64,000 nucleotides of DNA, taken from the NCBI GenBank assembly GCA_052034235.1, contig JBPOIT010000005.1, positions 113,698-177,697 of the forward strand. The letters run 5' to 3'. Below the pieces are notes generated by a model, which searched no databases, was not told where the DNA came from, and worked only from the letters and a program-made list of their open reading frames with translations. Source of the stretch: Candidatus Levyibacteriota bacterium (GTDB taxonomy: Bacteria; Patescibacteriota; Microgenomatia; Levybacterales; UBA12049). The number at the start of each line of letters is the position of its first letter. Within the stretch, counting starts at the first letter, position 1. A program made the position numbers and the translations under genes. Positions 46,204-55,723 of the stretch are shown one piece after another.

Positions 46204-48438
46204 TTATATGTATCGACTCGTCAATGAGGCTTTTACTCCTTTGAGCTCTTTAGGGGGGCCTTCGAATAGTATTTCTCCGCCTTTGTGGCCGCCTTCAGGG
46301 CCTAGGTCTATGATCCAATCGGCGTTTCTGATGATGTCTAGGTTGTGTTCGATGGCGATGACGGTGTTGCCGGCGTCAACGAGGCGGTTTATGATTTCGA
46401 GAAGATGCGTGATATCACTCATGTGTAAACCAGTTGTTGGTTCGTCCAGGACATAGATGCTGCCTTTTTTATGGAGTTCACTTGCGAGTTTGATTCTTTG
46501 GCATTCTCCTCCACTGAGCGTGTTGAGCGGCTGACCGAGTGTGAGATAACCTAAGCCCACATCCTCCATAGCCTGAAGTTTTTTGAGAACCTCTTGTATG
46601 TAGAAATATTCAAGCGCTTCAGTGACGTTCATTTTCAAAACATCAGCTATTGATTTGCCGTTGAGTTTGTAGGCAAGCACCTCATCTTTGAAACGTTTTC
46701 CCTCACAGATATCACACGGCGTTTTAACACCTTCTAAAAATGCGAGATCTGTGTAGACAACACCTTGCCCCTGACAATTTTCGCACGCACCTGTTGAATT
46801 GAAACTGAAAAGACCTGGCTGGACTTTGTTGGCTGTGGCAAAGGCTTTGCGGACATCATCCATAATGCCAGTGTATGTTGCAGGATTTGACCTAGAATTT
46901 GCACCAACTGCTGATTGGTCAATCACAATTGCATCTGGATGCTGTTTGAGAAATTCTCCATGAATGAGTGAACTTTTTCCTGAACCAGCAACACCCGTGA
47001 TTGCGGTCAGAACGCCAGTCGGGATATCAACACTGACATTTTTAAGATTGTTGGCTGTGGCGTTTTTAATTTCGAGTTTTCCTTTTGGAGTTCTGACACT
47101 TTCTTTAAGAGGTATTTGTTTTTTCAAATGAGTACCTGTTAGGGTGTCTGATTTGAGAAGCTCCTCAAAGTTACCTTCAAACATAATCTTTCCACCATGA
47201 CTTCCAGCACGCGGGCCAACATCAACGATGTGATCGGAAACTTTGATGACATCAGGATCGTGTTCAACCACGATAACGGTGTTGCCTTTGTCGCGGAGTT
47301 TTTGCAACAGCTCATTAAGACGATGCACGTCTCGCGGATGCAATCCGACACTCGGCTCGTCAAAAATGTATAACACATCAACAAGACTACTTGATAGATG
47401 TTTGACCATTTTAATACGCTGTGACTCACCACCTGAAAGTGTGTCAGTTTCACGATTGAGAGACATATAATCAAGACCTATATCAATCACATGCTGCAAA
47501 CGCTCAGTGAGTGTTTTTATGAGAGACGCAGCGACGGGATCGTTAATCTCTTTAATTACCTTAATCAGTTCCCCCACTTCCATCGCTGACAAATCTGCAA
47601 TGTTATAGCCGTTTATTTTTGAGGCGAGGACTTTTTGATTGAGACGAGCGCCTTTGCATTCATTACATGGACCATATTCCAAATACGGTTCAACCATTTT
47701 TTGGGTACGTTCAGAAAGCGTTTTAAGATCACGCTTGATATACGATCTGGTGAGTTTTTCAACAATTCCCAAATAGGTCGCATTCATCGAATTTGCACCG
47801 ATTTGCAGTTTGAATTTCCGGTCTTTGCCGTGCATCAAAAGATCCATTTCTTCAGGAGTAAAATCTTTCAACTTTTTGTCATTATCAAAAAATCCTGAGG
47901 CCTTATATGAATCTTTCTCCCAACCTGAAAACAGCGGAACATTTATCGCGTCTTCATTGATGGATTTTTCCATGTCCAAAAAACCATTGGTGTTAATCCT
48001 TATTTTACGACCCAAACCATTACATTCCTGGCACATTCCTTGTGGATTGTTAAACGAGAATACATTGGAATAACCAGCATTCGGCTTACCAATACGGGAA
48101 AACAGTAAACGCAAAACTGTATAGATATCAGTGCTTGTCCCCATTGTTGAATGAGATCCTCCACCCATGCGTTTTTGATCAACCACAATTGCCATACTGA
48201 GATTTTCAATTGCCTCAGCATCAGGTTGTGAATATCTGGGAAGAAAATTGCGGACAAACATACTAAACGTTTCATACTCTTGTCTCTTTGCTTCAGTCGC
48301 AATCGTGTCAAACACAATCGAGGATTTACCAGAGCCTGAAACGCCGGTAAAGATAATGATTTTACGTTTGGGCAAACGGAGATCAACATTCTGCAAATTA
48401 TTCTCCCGGGCACCCTTAATAACAATATATTCCTGCAT
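46204..48438 (-). CDS. UvrA-like ABC ATPase (class II/DrrC-like, short)
   Basis: GARENNL, two GSGKSS Walker A, LSGGE twice, CxxC pairs; 744 aa, shorter than canonical UvrA. Confidence 0.9.
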   Translation of the reverse strand: MQEYIVIKGARENNLQNVDLRLPKRKIIIFTGVSGSGKSSIVFDTIATEAKRQEYETFSMFVRNFLPRYSQPDAEAIENLSMAIVVDQKRMGGGSHSTMGTSTDIYTVLRLLFSRIGKPNAGYSNVFSFNNPQGMCQECNGLGRKIRINTNGFLDMEKSINEDAINVPLFSGWEKDSYKASGFFDNDKKLKDFTPEEMDLLMHGKDRKFKLQIGANSMNATYLGIVEKLTRSYIKRDLKTLSERTQKMVEPYLEYGPCNECKGARLNQKVLASKINGYNIADLSAMEVGELIKVIKEINDPVAASLIKTLTERLQHVIDIGLDYMSLNRETDTLSGGESQRIKMVKHLSSSLVDVLYIFDEPSVGLHPRDVHRLNELLQKLRDKGNTVIVVEHDPDVIKVSDHIVDVGPRAGSHGGKIMFEGNFEELLKSDTLTGTHLKKQIPLKESVRTPKGKLEIKNATANNLKNVSVDIPTGVLTAITGVAGSGKSSLIHGEFLKQHPDAIVIDQSAVGANSRSNPATYTGIMDDVRKAFATANKVQPGLFSFNSTGACENCQGQGVVYTDLAFLEGVKTPCDICEGKRFKDEVLAYKLNGKSIADVLKMNVTEALEYFYIQEVLKKLQAMEDVGLGYLTLGQPLNTLSGGECQRIKLASELHKKGSIYVLDEPTTGLHMSDITHLLEIINRLVDAGNTVIAIEHNLDIIRNADWIIDLGPEGGHKGGEILFEGPPKELKGVKASLTSRYI

Positions 48439-48498
48439 AAGTTAATTTGTAAAGTATAACAGGTTTTAGAGTTAAATTTGTGCTATAATCTTCTTACT

Positions 48499-49908
48499 AT
48501 GAGACTCGAAGGGGCACCCAAGGGAGTCATTACCAGAAGAGATCTATTAATTGCAGGTGGAGCTGCTGCTCTTAATGCGCTTTTAACATCTGCGGATATA
48601 GACCCGAATATCGATCATCGTATTGTTACTTATATTGGAGATAGACCCTACACTCCATTCGAATTGAAAAGTCCCCAAGTCGGATTAAATAAAGATGGAC
48701 TCCCTATCTCGATTACATTTAACAATGGAGAACGTGTTCCTGTAAACGCTCTCAATGCTTTAAGAGCGAGGAAGCGTGCTAGAGAAACAGGTGAACCACA
48801 AGTAGCGCAAATTTTTAAGGGTCCCCCAACACCTATTACAAGAGATTATTCCAAATTTGAAGCATCAGAAGCACACCCATTAGAAAAAACTCTTCCGCCA
48901 GATATCCTTTCAAAAGAAGCACTGCGAAAACGAGGAGTTGAGATCATAAACACTGATAGAGTAACACTTCACATCCGTGAGAGTGCATTCGCAGAAAATG
49001 GCCCGTTGGGAACAATCACTGAACCAAGACGGAAAATAATCATAGCATTACTTGATGGACCGATGATTGTAAATGATTTACTTGATGACGAACGTTATGA
49101 TAGCGTACGTCGTGATATAAGAGACCGAGAAGCTGAAATAAAGGTATTAAGAAAAGCTAGAGTCAAAGAAGAAGGTGATGAAGCTCATCGTGCAAAATTA
49201 CATTACGAAAGAGTATTGAGTGAAGACTATTGGAGCTCACCAGGTAAGAAAGGTGCACCATTAAAACAGATAAAAGAATCTTCCCTCCGTGCTTGGGCTG
49301 AGGCAAAAACAAGAGAAGTTGCTTGGGCAAATTATTATTCTGATAGTGAAGTCTACTTTAATATGCCTCGAATCGATAATACAAAGAGAGATCTTGCAGG
49401 ATTATATAAACCAAATAAAGACCAATTCCTTGATGGGACTACTTTTTATAAAGCAAGTAACATATTGTATGTTTCAGTAGGTAATAGATCTTTCAATGAA
49501 AGCATCTCTTCAGTAATGTTCTATCCCGATGGAACTTGTCACCTTATTCATATACCCCCGTCCGTGCGAGAAGGTGGAAAAGTAGTCCCTTTCGGTGATT
49601 CGTCTCCACATATCTCTCAAACGCACCCTGACCCTCAGTCGTTTAGTCGAAATAAAGACGCATCACCCAGTAAACCTGACTCTTATCCCTATGCTGGACT
49701 AACACCTGGATTAACATTGCGTCACGAGGCAGCACATGATGAATTAAGGATGACAAATCACCCAGATCAAGAGAGTGAATACTGGACAGATGAGCAAGCT
49801 ATGCAAGGTATTCGTGACGCATGGGAAAAATGGAAATCTTCTAAATTCATAGATAACAGTGGTTATTGTTTTGTGTTCCAAAGTGGAGGTGAACTCGTAT
49901 TTACATAA
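48499..49908 (+). CDS. Putative exported zincin-like protein
   Basis: TRRDLL twin-Arg-like leader; C-terminal HEAAH followed by ESEYWTD. Confidence 0.55.
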   Translation: MRLEGAPKGVITRRDLLIAGGAAALNALLTSADIDPNIDHRIVTYIGDRPYTPFELKSPQVGLNKDGLPISITFNNGERVPVNALNALRARKRARETGEPQVAQIFKGPPTPITRDYSKFEASEAHPLEKTLPPDILSKEALRKRGVEIINTDRVTLHIRESAFAENGPLGTITEPRRKIIIALLDGPMIVNDLLDDERYDSVRRDIRDREAEIKVLRKARVKEEGDEAHRAKLHYERVLSEDYWSSPGKKGAPLKQIKESSLRAWAEAKTREVAWANYYSDSEVYFNMPRIDNTKRDLAGLYKPNKDQFLDGTTFYKASNILYVSVGNRSFNESISSVMFYPDGTCHLIHIPPSVREGGKVVPFGDSSPHISQTHPDPQSFSRNKDASPSKPDSYPYAGLTPGLTLRHEAAHDELRMTNHPDQESEYWTDEQAMQGIRDAWEKWKSSKFIDNSGYCFVFQSGGELVFT

Positions 49909-49932
49909 AAACTTCTTTGCTACAATGGAATC

Positions 49933-50235
49933 ATGCACTTTATTGTTGAGCGATTTAAAAAAGAGCGCAAGCATTTCTATAAGTTGAGTGCCTAGGGACA
50001 AAAATTTCTCAAGTCATAGGCCCTTTTTGAATTGCTAAATCCCGTTTTTGGCATTTTTGTAGCTGCATTTTTATGGAGACAGACGCATGATATCGTTTTG
50101 ATTGCCACATATTACATTTTTGTAAACATAGCTATACCTTTGGGATTTTATTTCAAGCGATTTTGCGTTGAGATTTATCCCATTTTTGGTCGCGTGCGTC
50201 CAAATCCTCATGAGTATTTTGGCAAAATCAATTGA
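49933..50235 (+). pseudogene. Truncated membrane transporter (MFS-like) pseudogene
   Basis: TGCTACAAT 6 nt before ATG 49933; MHFIVERFKKERKHFYKLSA*GQKFLKS*ALFELLNPVFGIFVAAFLWRQ...; in-frame TAG at 49993 and 50017. Confidence 0.55.
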
Positions 50236-50256
50236 GAAGAAAGTTTGAGATGGATA

Positions 50257-50430
50257 TTATCCTCGGGAGATAACGACAGCTACAGTGATGATGCCGATAC
50301 AAACTGCAAAAATGACTATGCGCACTGGTCTGCTAAAAAGAAAAAATTGTTTGTTTCCTTTATACTCAGGTAGCGGAGCAAATGTTGCTTCCATTGGTTT
50401 AGTCTTTTTTTCGTTTGTCTTTTCCTCCAT
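50257..50430 (-). CDS. Small C-terminally anchored membrane protein (57 aa)
   Basis: Not in ORF track; MEEKTNEKKTKPMEATFAPLPEYKGNKQFFLFSRPVRIVIFAVCIGIITVAVVISRG. Confidence 0.5.
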   Translation of the reverse strand: MEEKTNEKKTKPMEATFAPLPEYKGNKQFFLFSRPVRIVIFAVCIGIITVAVVISRG

Positions 50431-50503
50431 ATTTTTATAATCTCATTTAACTTGAGTAACTGTCAATAACTCTATGTATCTTCGATGCTATAATAAATGA
50501 CAT

Positions 50504-51961
50504 ATGGATGGAGACGCACTTCAAAATCATAAAATTACTTCTTTTTCTACCGAACAGGAAATTGGTTTTAAAGATCTCTGCGCAGCCAAAACTGTCAAAC
50601 ATGAAAAAAAAGATGAACATGGTGGTGATTTGGATAAACCCCACGAAGACCGCATGCTTTTTGCGCCGGAAGACCATGCGTTTGCAGTTTTCGACGGTTT
50701 GGGTGCACACGGTGGCGGCGATACAACTGCACAATTTGCGAGAGATTATGTAGCAGATATCGTTAAACAAACACCTGTCGACATTTCCGTAGAGGAAACG
50801 GCAAATTATTTAAAAACCAGAACGCTTGAACTCAACGCACACCTCTTTGAAGAAACCACAGGATATACAACTATGCTGCTCGCATATATTTATGAATCAA
50901 AAACTGGCGAAAAACACTTGCTGGTTGTCCCAATTGGAGATTGTCGAATGTATCTGTTACGAGATGGCAAGCTTACTTGTCTGACGATAGATAACGAAAC
51001 GCCTTCAACAAACAAAGAAAAACAGCAAGAAATTCAGAATAAAATAAGTAACGTTCAAACTGAAGAAGAACTAGTAAATTTGAGCCCTGAAGAAAAAACA
51101 GCTTTTCAAAAACGAAACGATGTCGATCAGGCACTCGGAAAAGAAGTCGTTACCCCTATTGTTCAAACACATGAAATAAAAGCAAATGATATCTTTCTTA
51201 TGACATCTGACGGTATAACCAATAACTTGACCGATAAACAAATTGAAACAACCATCGCAACAGGTAATAGCCCAAAAGAGCTTGTAGCAACTCTTATCAA
51301 TGAAGCACGAAAAATTGCGAATGACTCAGCAAATCTCAGACACATCCCTGATGATATGACGGCAATACTGTTCAAAATCAACAATGAATTTCCAAAACGT
51401 ACTCCTTACACGGCACCTGAGGTTGAATCTGAAACATGGATAAATGTTATACCTGAAATGATAACCTCGCATAAAGAAACGATCGATTCACTTGAAAAGG
51501 ATTTGGCAAGAAAACTGACACCGAGCGAGTTATTTTATATAACATCTTTTGGTGATCGTAAATTTATCGAGCATGTTGAACCGTTGTATAGAAGTCTTAC
51601 GCGGGCTCGGGCAAATCCTATCACCTCAGCCAATATTAAACTTCTAAAGCAGCTTGAAAAAAGTGAAGAAGCAAACCCTGATGATTTTCTGAAACTTGAG
51701 CAGATGGCATCCATGTCCTCAGTTAAAATCGCATCGTATGAAGATTTGGAGGTATACATGGTACTCCAAAAAGTTCCTGAAGCAACACGTGTTGCACTGC
51801 GAAATTTCTATAATACAAAACAAACAAATGAAGCCAAACCAATAAACACCAAAACTGTACTCCTTATGACCTTTTCAACCAATGCTTCAGGAGAGACACT
51901 TCCTCAACTATCCTCGTCGTATGAACCTCTTACTGATATGCATGAAGAAGAGAATAAATAA
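50504..51961 (+). CDS. PP2C/PPM-family Ser/Thr phosphatase with C-terminal extension
   Basis: HED, VFDGLGAHGGG, IGDCR, MTSDG, DDMT. Confidence 0.85.
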   Translation: MDGDALQNHKITSFSTEQEIGFKDLCAAKTVKHEKKDEHGGDLDKPHEDRMLFAPEDHAFAVFDGLGAHGGGDTTAQFARDYVADIVKQTPVDISVEETANYLKTRTLELNAHLFEETTGYTTMLLAYIYESKTGEKHLLVVPIGDCRMYLLRDGKLTCLTIDNETPSTNKEKQQEIQNKISNVQTEEELVNLSPEEKTAFQKRNDVDQALGKEVVTPIVQTHEIKANDIFLMTSDGITNNLTDKQIETTIATGNSPKELVATLINEARKIANDSANLRHIPDDMTAILFKINNEFPKRTPYTAPEVESETWINVIPEMITSHKETIDSLEKDLARKLTPSELFYITSFGDRKFIEHVEPLYRSLTRARANPITSANIKLLKQLEKSEEANPDDFLKLEQMASMSSVKIASYEDLEVYMVLQKVPEATRVALRNFYNTKQTNEAKPINTKTVLLMTFSTNASGETLPQLSSSYEPLTDMHEEENK

Positions 51962-51962
51962 T

Positions 51963-53300
51963 CTACAGTGTCTTTTTTAGTAAATGAGGATGTGTGTTGT
52001 AAACTTTTAAAATTAATTCCCCAAACATCGAATTAGCCCACGCAAACCAGTGACGTGTAAACTTGCGGGGATTATCAACATCTATACTCTCATGCATTGC
52101 AAATGTCCCGGCATGTGTTTTTTTAAGCGTTTTGAGACACTGCAGAATTTCTCTTTCATCGGTTGAAGTCATCGCCTGCATGATTGTTGCCATAGGCCAA
52201 AAGTGATCACAGACACCGACATGAGGACTCGTCAATCCGCACGCAACTGCACCGGCAGCATAAAAAGAGTTCCACTTACTGAGGATAAATTCGCGTGTAT
52301 TGCGATAAATTGGATCAGTTGTTTTACAATAACCCAGATAAGGCAAACTTAATAAACTTGGGATGTTCGGATCATCCATCACGCAACTAGATCCAAATCC
52401 GTCTACTTCATAGGCATACATCTTGCCAAAGACATTATGATCAATAACTCCCCATTCTTTAATTCCTAAATCAATATCCCCCGCCATGCGCTTCACAGCA
52501 CTGGCAGTGTCAAAATCTGTTAGTTTTTCAAGAATCGGAATTACTTTTTTAAGATACACAACTGCCATGGCATTTGCCGGGATGAGATAGGGGAAAACAC
52601 ATTCGTCATCAGATGGTCTAAAAACACATCGAGATAAACCGCATCGCTTACCAGGGTAACCATAGCCTTCAAGTCTGATTGCCGGATGCAAATGTCCTGC
52701 GTCTGTTCGGAACTGGAATAAATCATCTTTGGTTTCCTTATCAAGTGTGTTTTGCTCAGCATGCATGACATCAACAATCAAACGTACCGCACGACACCAA
52801 TCACGATTAAACGGTTTGAGATCGTGTGTTATTTCATAATAGCCGCTTGATAAACGCAAAAACGCACAGAGACTATCAAGTTCGTATTTACGTTCCCAAA
52901 TACCCATATCCCGATTAAACGCATTGGCATAGGGATCAGTCAGAATACATTTTGTTTGACGGTAAATAAGCCCTTCAAACATTTTTTGCACTTCAACTTC
53001 CTCAGCTGCAAAAGGCAAATACGGCCAGACTTGATTGGTTGAATCTCGAAGCCACATCGCAGGAATATCACCAGTCACCACAAATGTATCGGGTAAACCT
53101 TCATCATCATGTTCTGTGAAGTGAACTGTTGTATCAAGCGTATTAGGGAAACATTTATAAAACATCTGGAAAAGATCTTCATCCACGATAACTGAAGCAA
53201 CTTTTTCTATAGCAGCCTCGACACTTTCACTTCTGAACATCCGTTCTTCCAAGCTCGGACGCAAATGAGAAAAATGATGAATAAGATGTTGCGATTGCAT
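51963..53300 (-). CDS. Glycoside hydrolase family 125 (exo-alpha-1,6-mannosidase-like)
   Basis: [50 protein letters not shown]. Confidence 0.93.
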   Translation of the reverse strand: MQSQHLIHHFSHLRPSLEERMFRSESVEAAIEKVASVIVDEDLFQMFYKCFPNTLDTTVHFTEHDDEGLPDTFVVTGDIPAMWLRDSTNQVWPYLPFAAEEVEVQKMFEGLIYRQTKCILTDPYANAFNRDMGIWERKYELDSLCAFLRLSSGYYEITHDLKPFNRDWCRAVRLIVDVMHAEQNTLDKETKDDLFQFRTDAGHLHPAIRLEGYGYPGKRCGLSRCVFRPSDDECVFPYLIPANAMAVVYLKKVIPILEKLTDFDTASAVKRMAGDIDLGIKEWGVIDHNVFGKMYAYEVDGFGSSCVMDDPNIPSLLSLPYLGYCKTTDPIYRNTREFILSKWNSFYAAGAVACGLTSPHVGVCDHFWPMATIMQAMTSTDEREILQCLKTLKKTHAGTFAMHESIDVDNPRKFTRHWFAWANSMFGELILKVYNTHPHLLKKTL

Positions 53301-53343
53301 ATATCTTATTAGTATATACAAAATGAATTCTTCAAAACTAGTG

Positions 53344-54153
53344 CTAGGCGGCACCTTCCAGTTTTTGCGGAGCGAATATTACTCTACTTGTTAAAATACC
53401 ACCATCTAATTCTATATTAGGTGACCAAGGAATATTTTTATCGTTATGTAAATAATTTATCCTTCTTTTACTTTTATAATTATTTTGATTTATTTCCATA
53501 AATACTTCATGAATTCCCTTTACTTCACATACTGCAAGCATATCAAGTAATAACATTGAACCTAATCCCTGCTCTTGGTGTCCGCTTGTCACATCAAAAG
53601 CAAATTCATATGCGGGATTCCTTGCACCATCTGAGTTGAGTATAGACGAACCAATAATGTTATCATTATCTCGGACAATCATGACCATCGCATCAGGTTG
53701 ATGATAAACTGATCGTACAAGTTTTGTGTGCTGCTCTTTATCACCTGGTACTTGGTTAAATCTTCCGTAGAAATCCTCATGTGTTAATTCAGACCTTTGA
53801 CTAGCCGCTAATTCTTCTGCCGTATCACTAGTCAATCCTTTGGGATAAAAATCAACAGTATATGGCCTTTTGCCAACATATCTTGTATAACGTTCATGTT
53901 CCCCTGTACGTAATGAATCTGAACTATCTACGATACGTTTGAATTTTTCTATATCGTAAAATTCCCGGACAATTTGGCGACGTGACCCAAATTCAGTGAC
54001 AGCCTCGAAACCAATCGTTGCCAATCTAGCAGGTAATACGGCTGCACTTACAAAAATATCTCCTGCTGTTTTCTGACTATCAGAAATTAAGGTTAATAGT
54101 CCTCTTTTGCCTTCAGGTCCTCTATACGTTGTTGGTCGTTCCGCTGCACTCAT
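53344..54153 (-). CDS. GNAT-family acetyltransferase with N-terminal extension
   Basis: [17 protein letters not shown] acetyl-CoA motif A, later NYKS. Confidence 0.7.
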   Translation of the reverse strand: MSAAERPTTYRGPEGKRGLLTLISDSQKTAGDIFVSAAVLPARLATIGFEAVTEFGSRRQIVREFYDIEKFKRIVDSSDSLRTGEHERYTRYVGKRPYTVDFYPKGLTSDTAEELAASQRSELTHEDFYGRFNQVPGDKEQHTKLVRSVYHQPDAMVMIVRDNDNIIGSSILNSDGARNPAYEFAFDVTSGHQEQGLGSMLLLDMLAVCEVKGIHEVFMEINQNNYKSKRRINYLHNDKNIPWSPNIELDGGILTSRVIFAPQKLEGAA

Positions 54154-54307
54154 AAGCCTATATTAATAAACTGTGATAGTACCATTATATTGATAAGCTC
54201 TGCTGTGATAAATATCACAACGGCTGTACTTTCCTAAAGTGAAGTATTTTCTTCTTCTTCTTTTTCGTTATAATAATACTTCGAATGCGAAGGGAGGTGA
54301 ATACATA

Positions 54308-54841
54308 ATGGATGAACAACAACAACCAACTACCACAGCTTCCAAAAGCCAAACCGGACCAATTATCGCTATTGTCGGACTGATCGTTATTGTCGTTGTC
54401 GGAGTGCTTGCTTTCCAAAACATGAATAAGCCAGCTCAAACTGAAAACGCAACAATGACAACAGAACAAACACAGCAACAAACCCAAACAAATCAGGAAA
54501 CTGCAGCGCAGCCAAGTGCTGCTGAAGCAATGACTGCTGGTGCTTACAAGGATGGCACATACACAGCTGATGGTGACTATACATCTCCTGGAGGAGCTGA
54601 ACAACTCGGCGTTACCGTAACTATTGCAAACGGCGTAATTACAAGTTCAGAAGTAGAAGTAAAAGCGACTAGACCGATCTCAAAAACTCGCCAAACCGAT
54701 TTCAAAGATAACTATAAAGAACAAGTTGAAGGCAAAAACATTGACGAAATCGTATTAACCAAAGTTTCAGGATCATCGCTTTCACCAAAAGGGTTTAACG
54801 ACGCAATTGAAAAGATTAAAGCAGAAGCGACACAGTCGTAA
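54308..54841 (+). CDS. Membrane-anchored FMN-binding (flavinylation substrate) protein
   Basis: YKDGTYTADGDYTSPGG, VSGSSLS flavinylation-like motif; strong SD AAGGGAGGTGA upstream. Confidence 0.85.
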   Translation: MDEQQQPTTTASKSQTGPIIAIVGLIVIVVVGVLAFQNMNKPAQTENATMTTEQTQQQTQTNQETAAQPSAAEAMTAGAYKDGTYTADGDYTSPGGAEQLGVTVTIANGVITSSEVEVKATRPISKTRQTDFKDNYKEQVEGKNIDEIVLTKVSGSSLSPKGFNDAIEKIKAEATQS

Positions 54842-54847
54842 TGCGTC

Positions 54848-55720
54848 ATGAACACATTTAACTTTGAAGCCATAGGAACAGTATGGAGTATTGATGTACT
54901 CGAACCGTTGTCTGAAAAAAAAGGACAGGAAATTTTAAGAGAGATTTCGAAGCGGATTGAGCTATACGATAAAACATATTCACGTTTCCGAAAGGATTCA
55001 CTCGTCACAAAGATGGCGCAACAAGCCGGCACATACAAATTGCCTGATGATGCAAAACCTTTATTGACACTTTATAAACAGCTCTATCACATAACAGATG
55101 GAGCAGTAACACCGCTCATTGGTTCGGTGTTATCTGAAGCAGGGTATGACGCTGCATATTCTTTGCAACCCCATACCCTGCATCACCCTGACACATGGGA
55201 AAATACTTTGACATATACTCCTCCAAACATAACGATGAAAAAGCCTGCAATTCTTGATTTTGGCGGTGCAGGCAAAGGTTATCTCACTGACATCATTGGC
55301 GATTTACTTGAAAAACATCACATCAATAATTATTGTGTCGACGGGAGCGGAGACATCTTAAACAAAACAACAACACAAAATCCTCTACGAATCGGCCTTG
55401 AACATCCTGACAATCCAAAAAAGGTCATCGGGGTTGCAGAACTTACAAATGGCAGTTTATGCGGTTCAGCGGGCAACAGACGAAAATGGCAAGGATTTCA
55501 TCATATTATGAACCCGCATACACTCACCTCACCAAACCACATAAAAGCGGTATGGGTCATCGCAGAGTCCGGATTACTCGCCGATGGTCTCACGACTTGT
55601 CTCTTTTTTACAAAACCTGAAACATTGCACAAGTATTTTGATTTCAAATACGTTATTCTCAATGAAGATCTGACTCTTAATAAATCAAATGACTTTCCCG
55701 GCGAATTTTTTTATAATTAA
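54848..55720 (+). CDS. apbE: FAD:protein FMN transferase
   Basis: AIGT, SRFRKDS, DFGGAGKGY, GSGD, HHIMNP, ADGLTT. Confidence 0.9.
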   Translation: MNTFNFEAIGTVWSIDVLEPLSEKKGQEILREISKRIELYDKTYSRFRKDSLVTKMAQQAGTYKLPDDAKPLLTLYKQLYHITDGAVTPLIGSVLSEAGYDAAYSLQPHTLHHPDTWENTLTYTPPNITMKKPAILDFGGAGKGYLTDIIGDLLEKHHINNYCVDGSGDILNKTTTQNPLRIGLEHPDNPKKVIGVAELTNGSLCGSAGNRRKWQGFHHIMNPHTLTSPNHIKAVWVIAESGLLADGLTTCLFFTKPETLHKYFDFKYVILNEDLTLNKSNDFPGEFFYN

Positions 55721-55723
55721 TAT

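Noticed and set aside
49933-50235. Amber (TAG) or TGA recoding
   Set aside because: Intact genes end in TAG (3378, 8209, 14216) and TGA (2709, 16098); pseudogenisation is simpler
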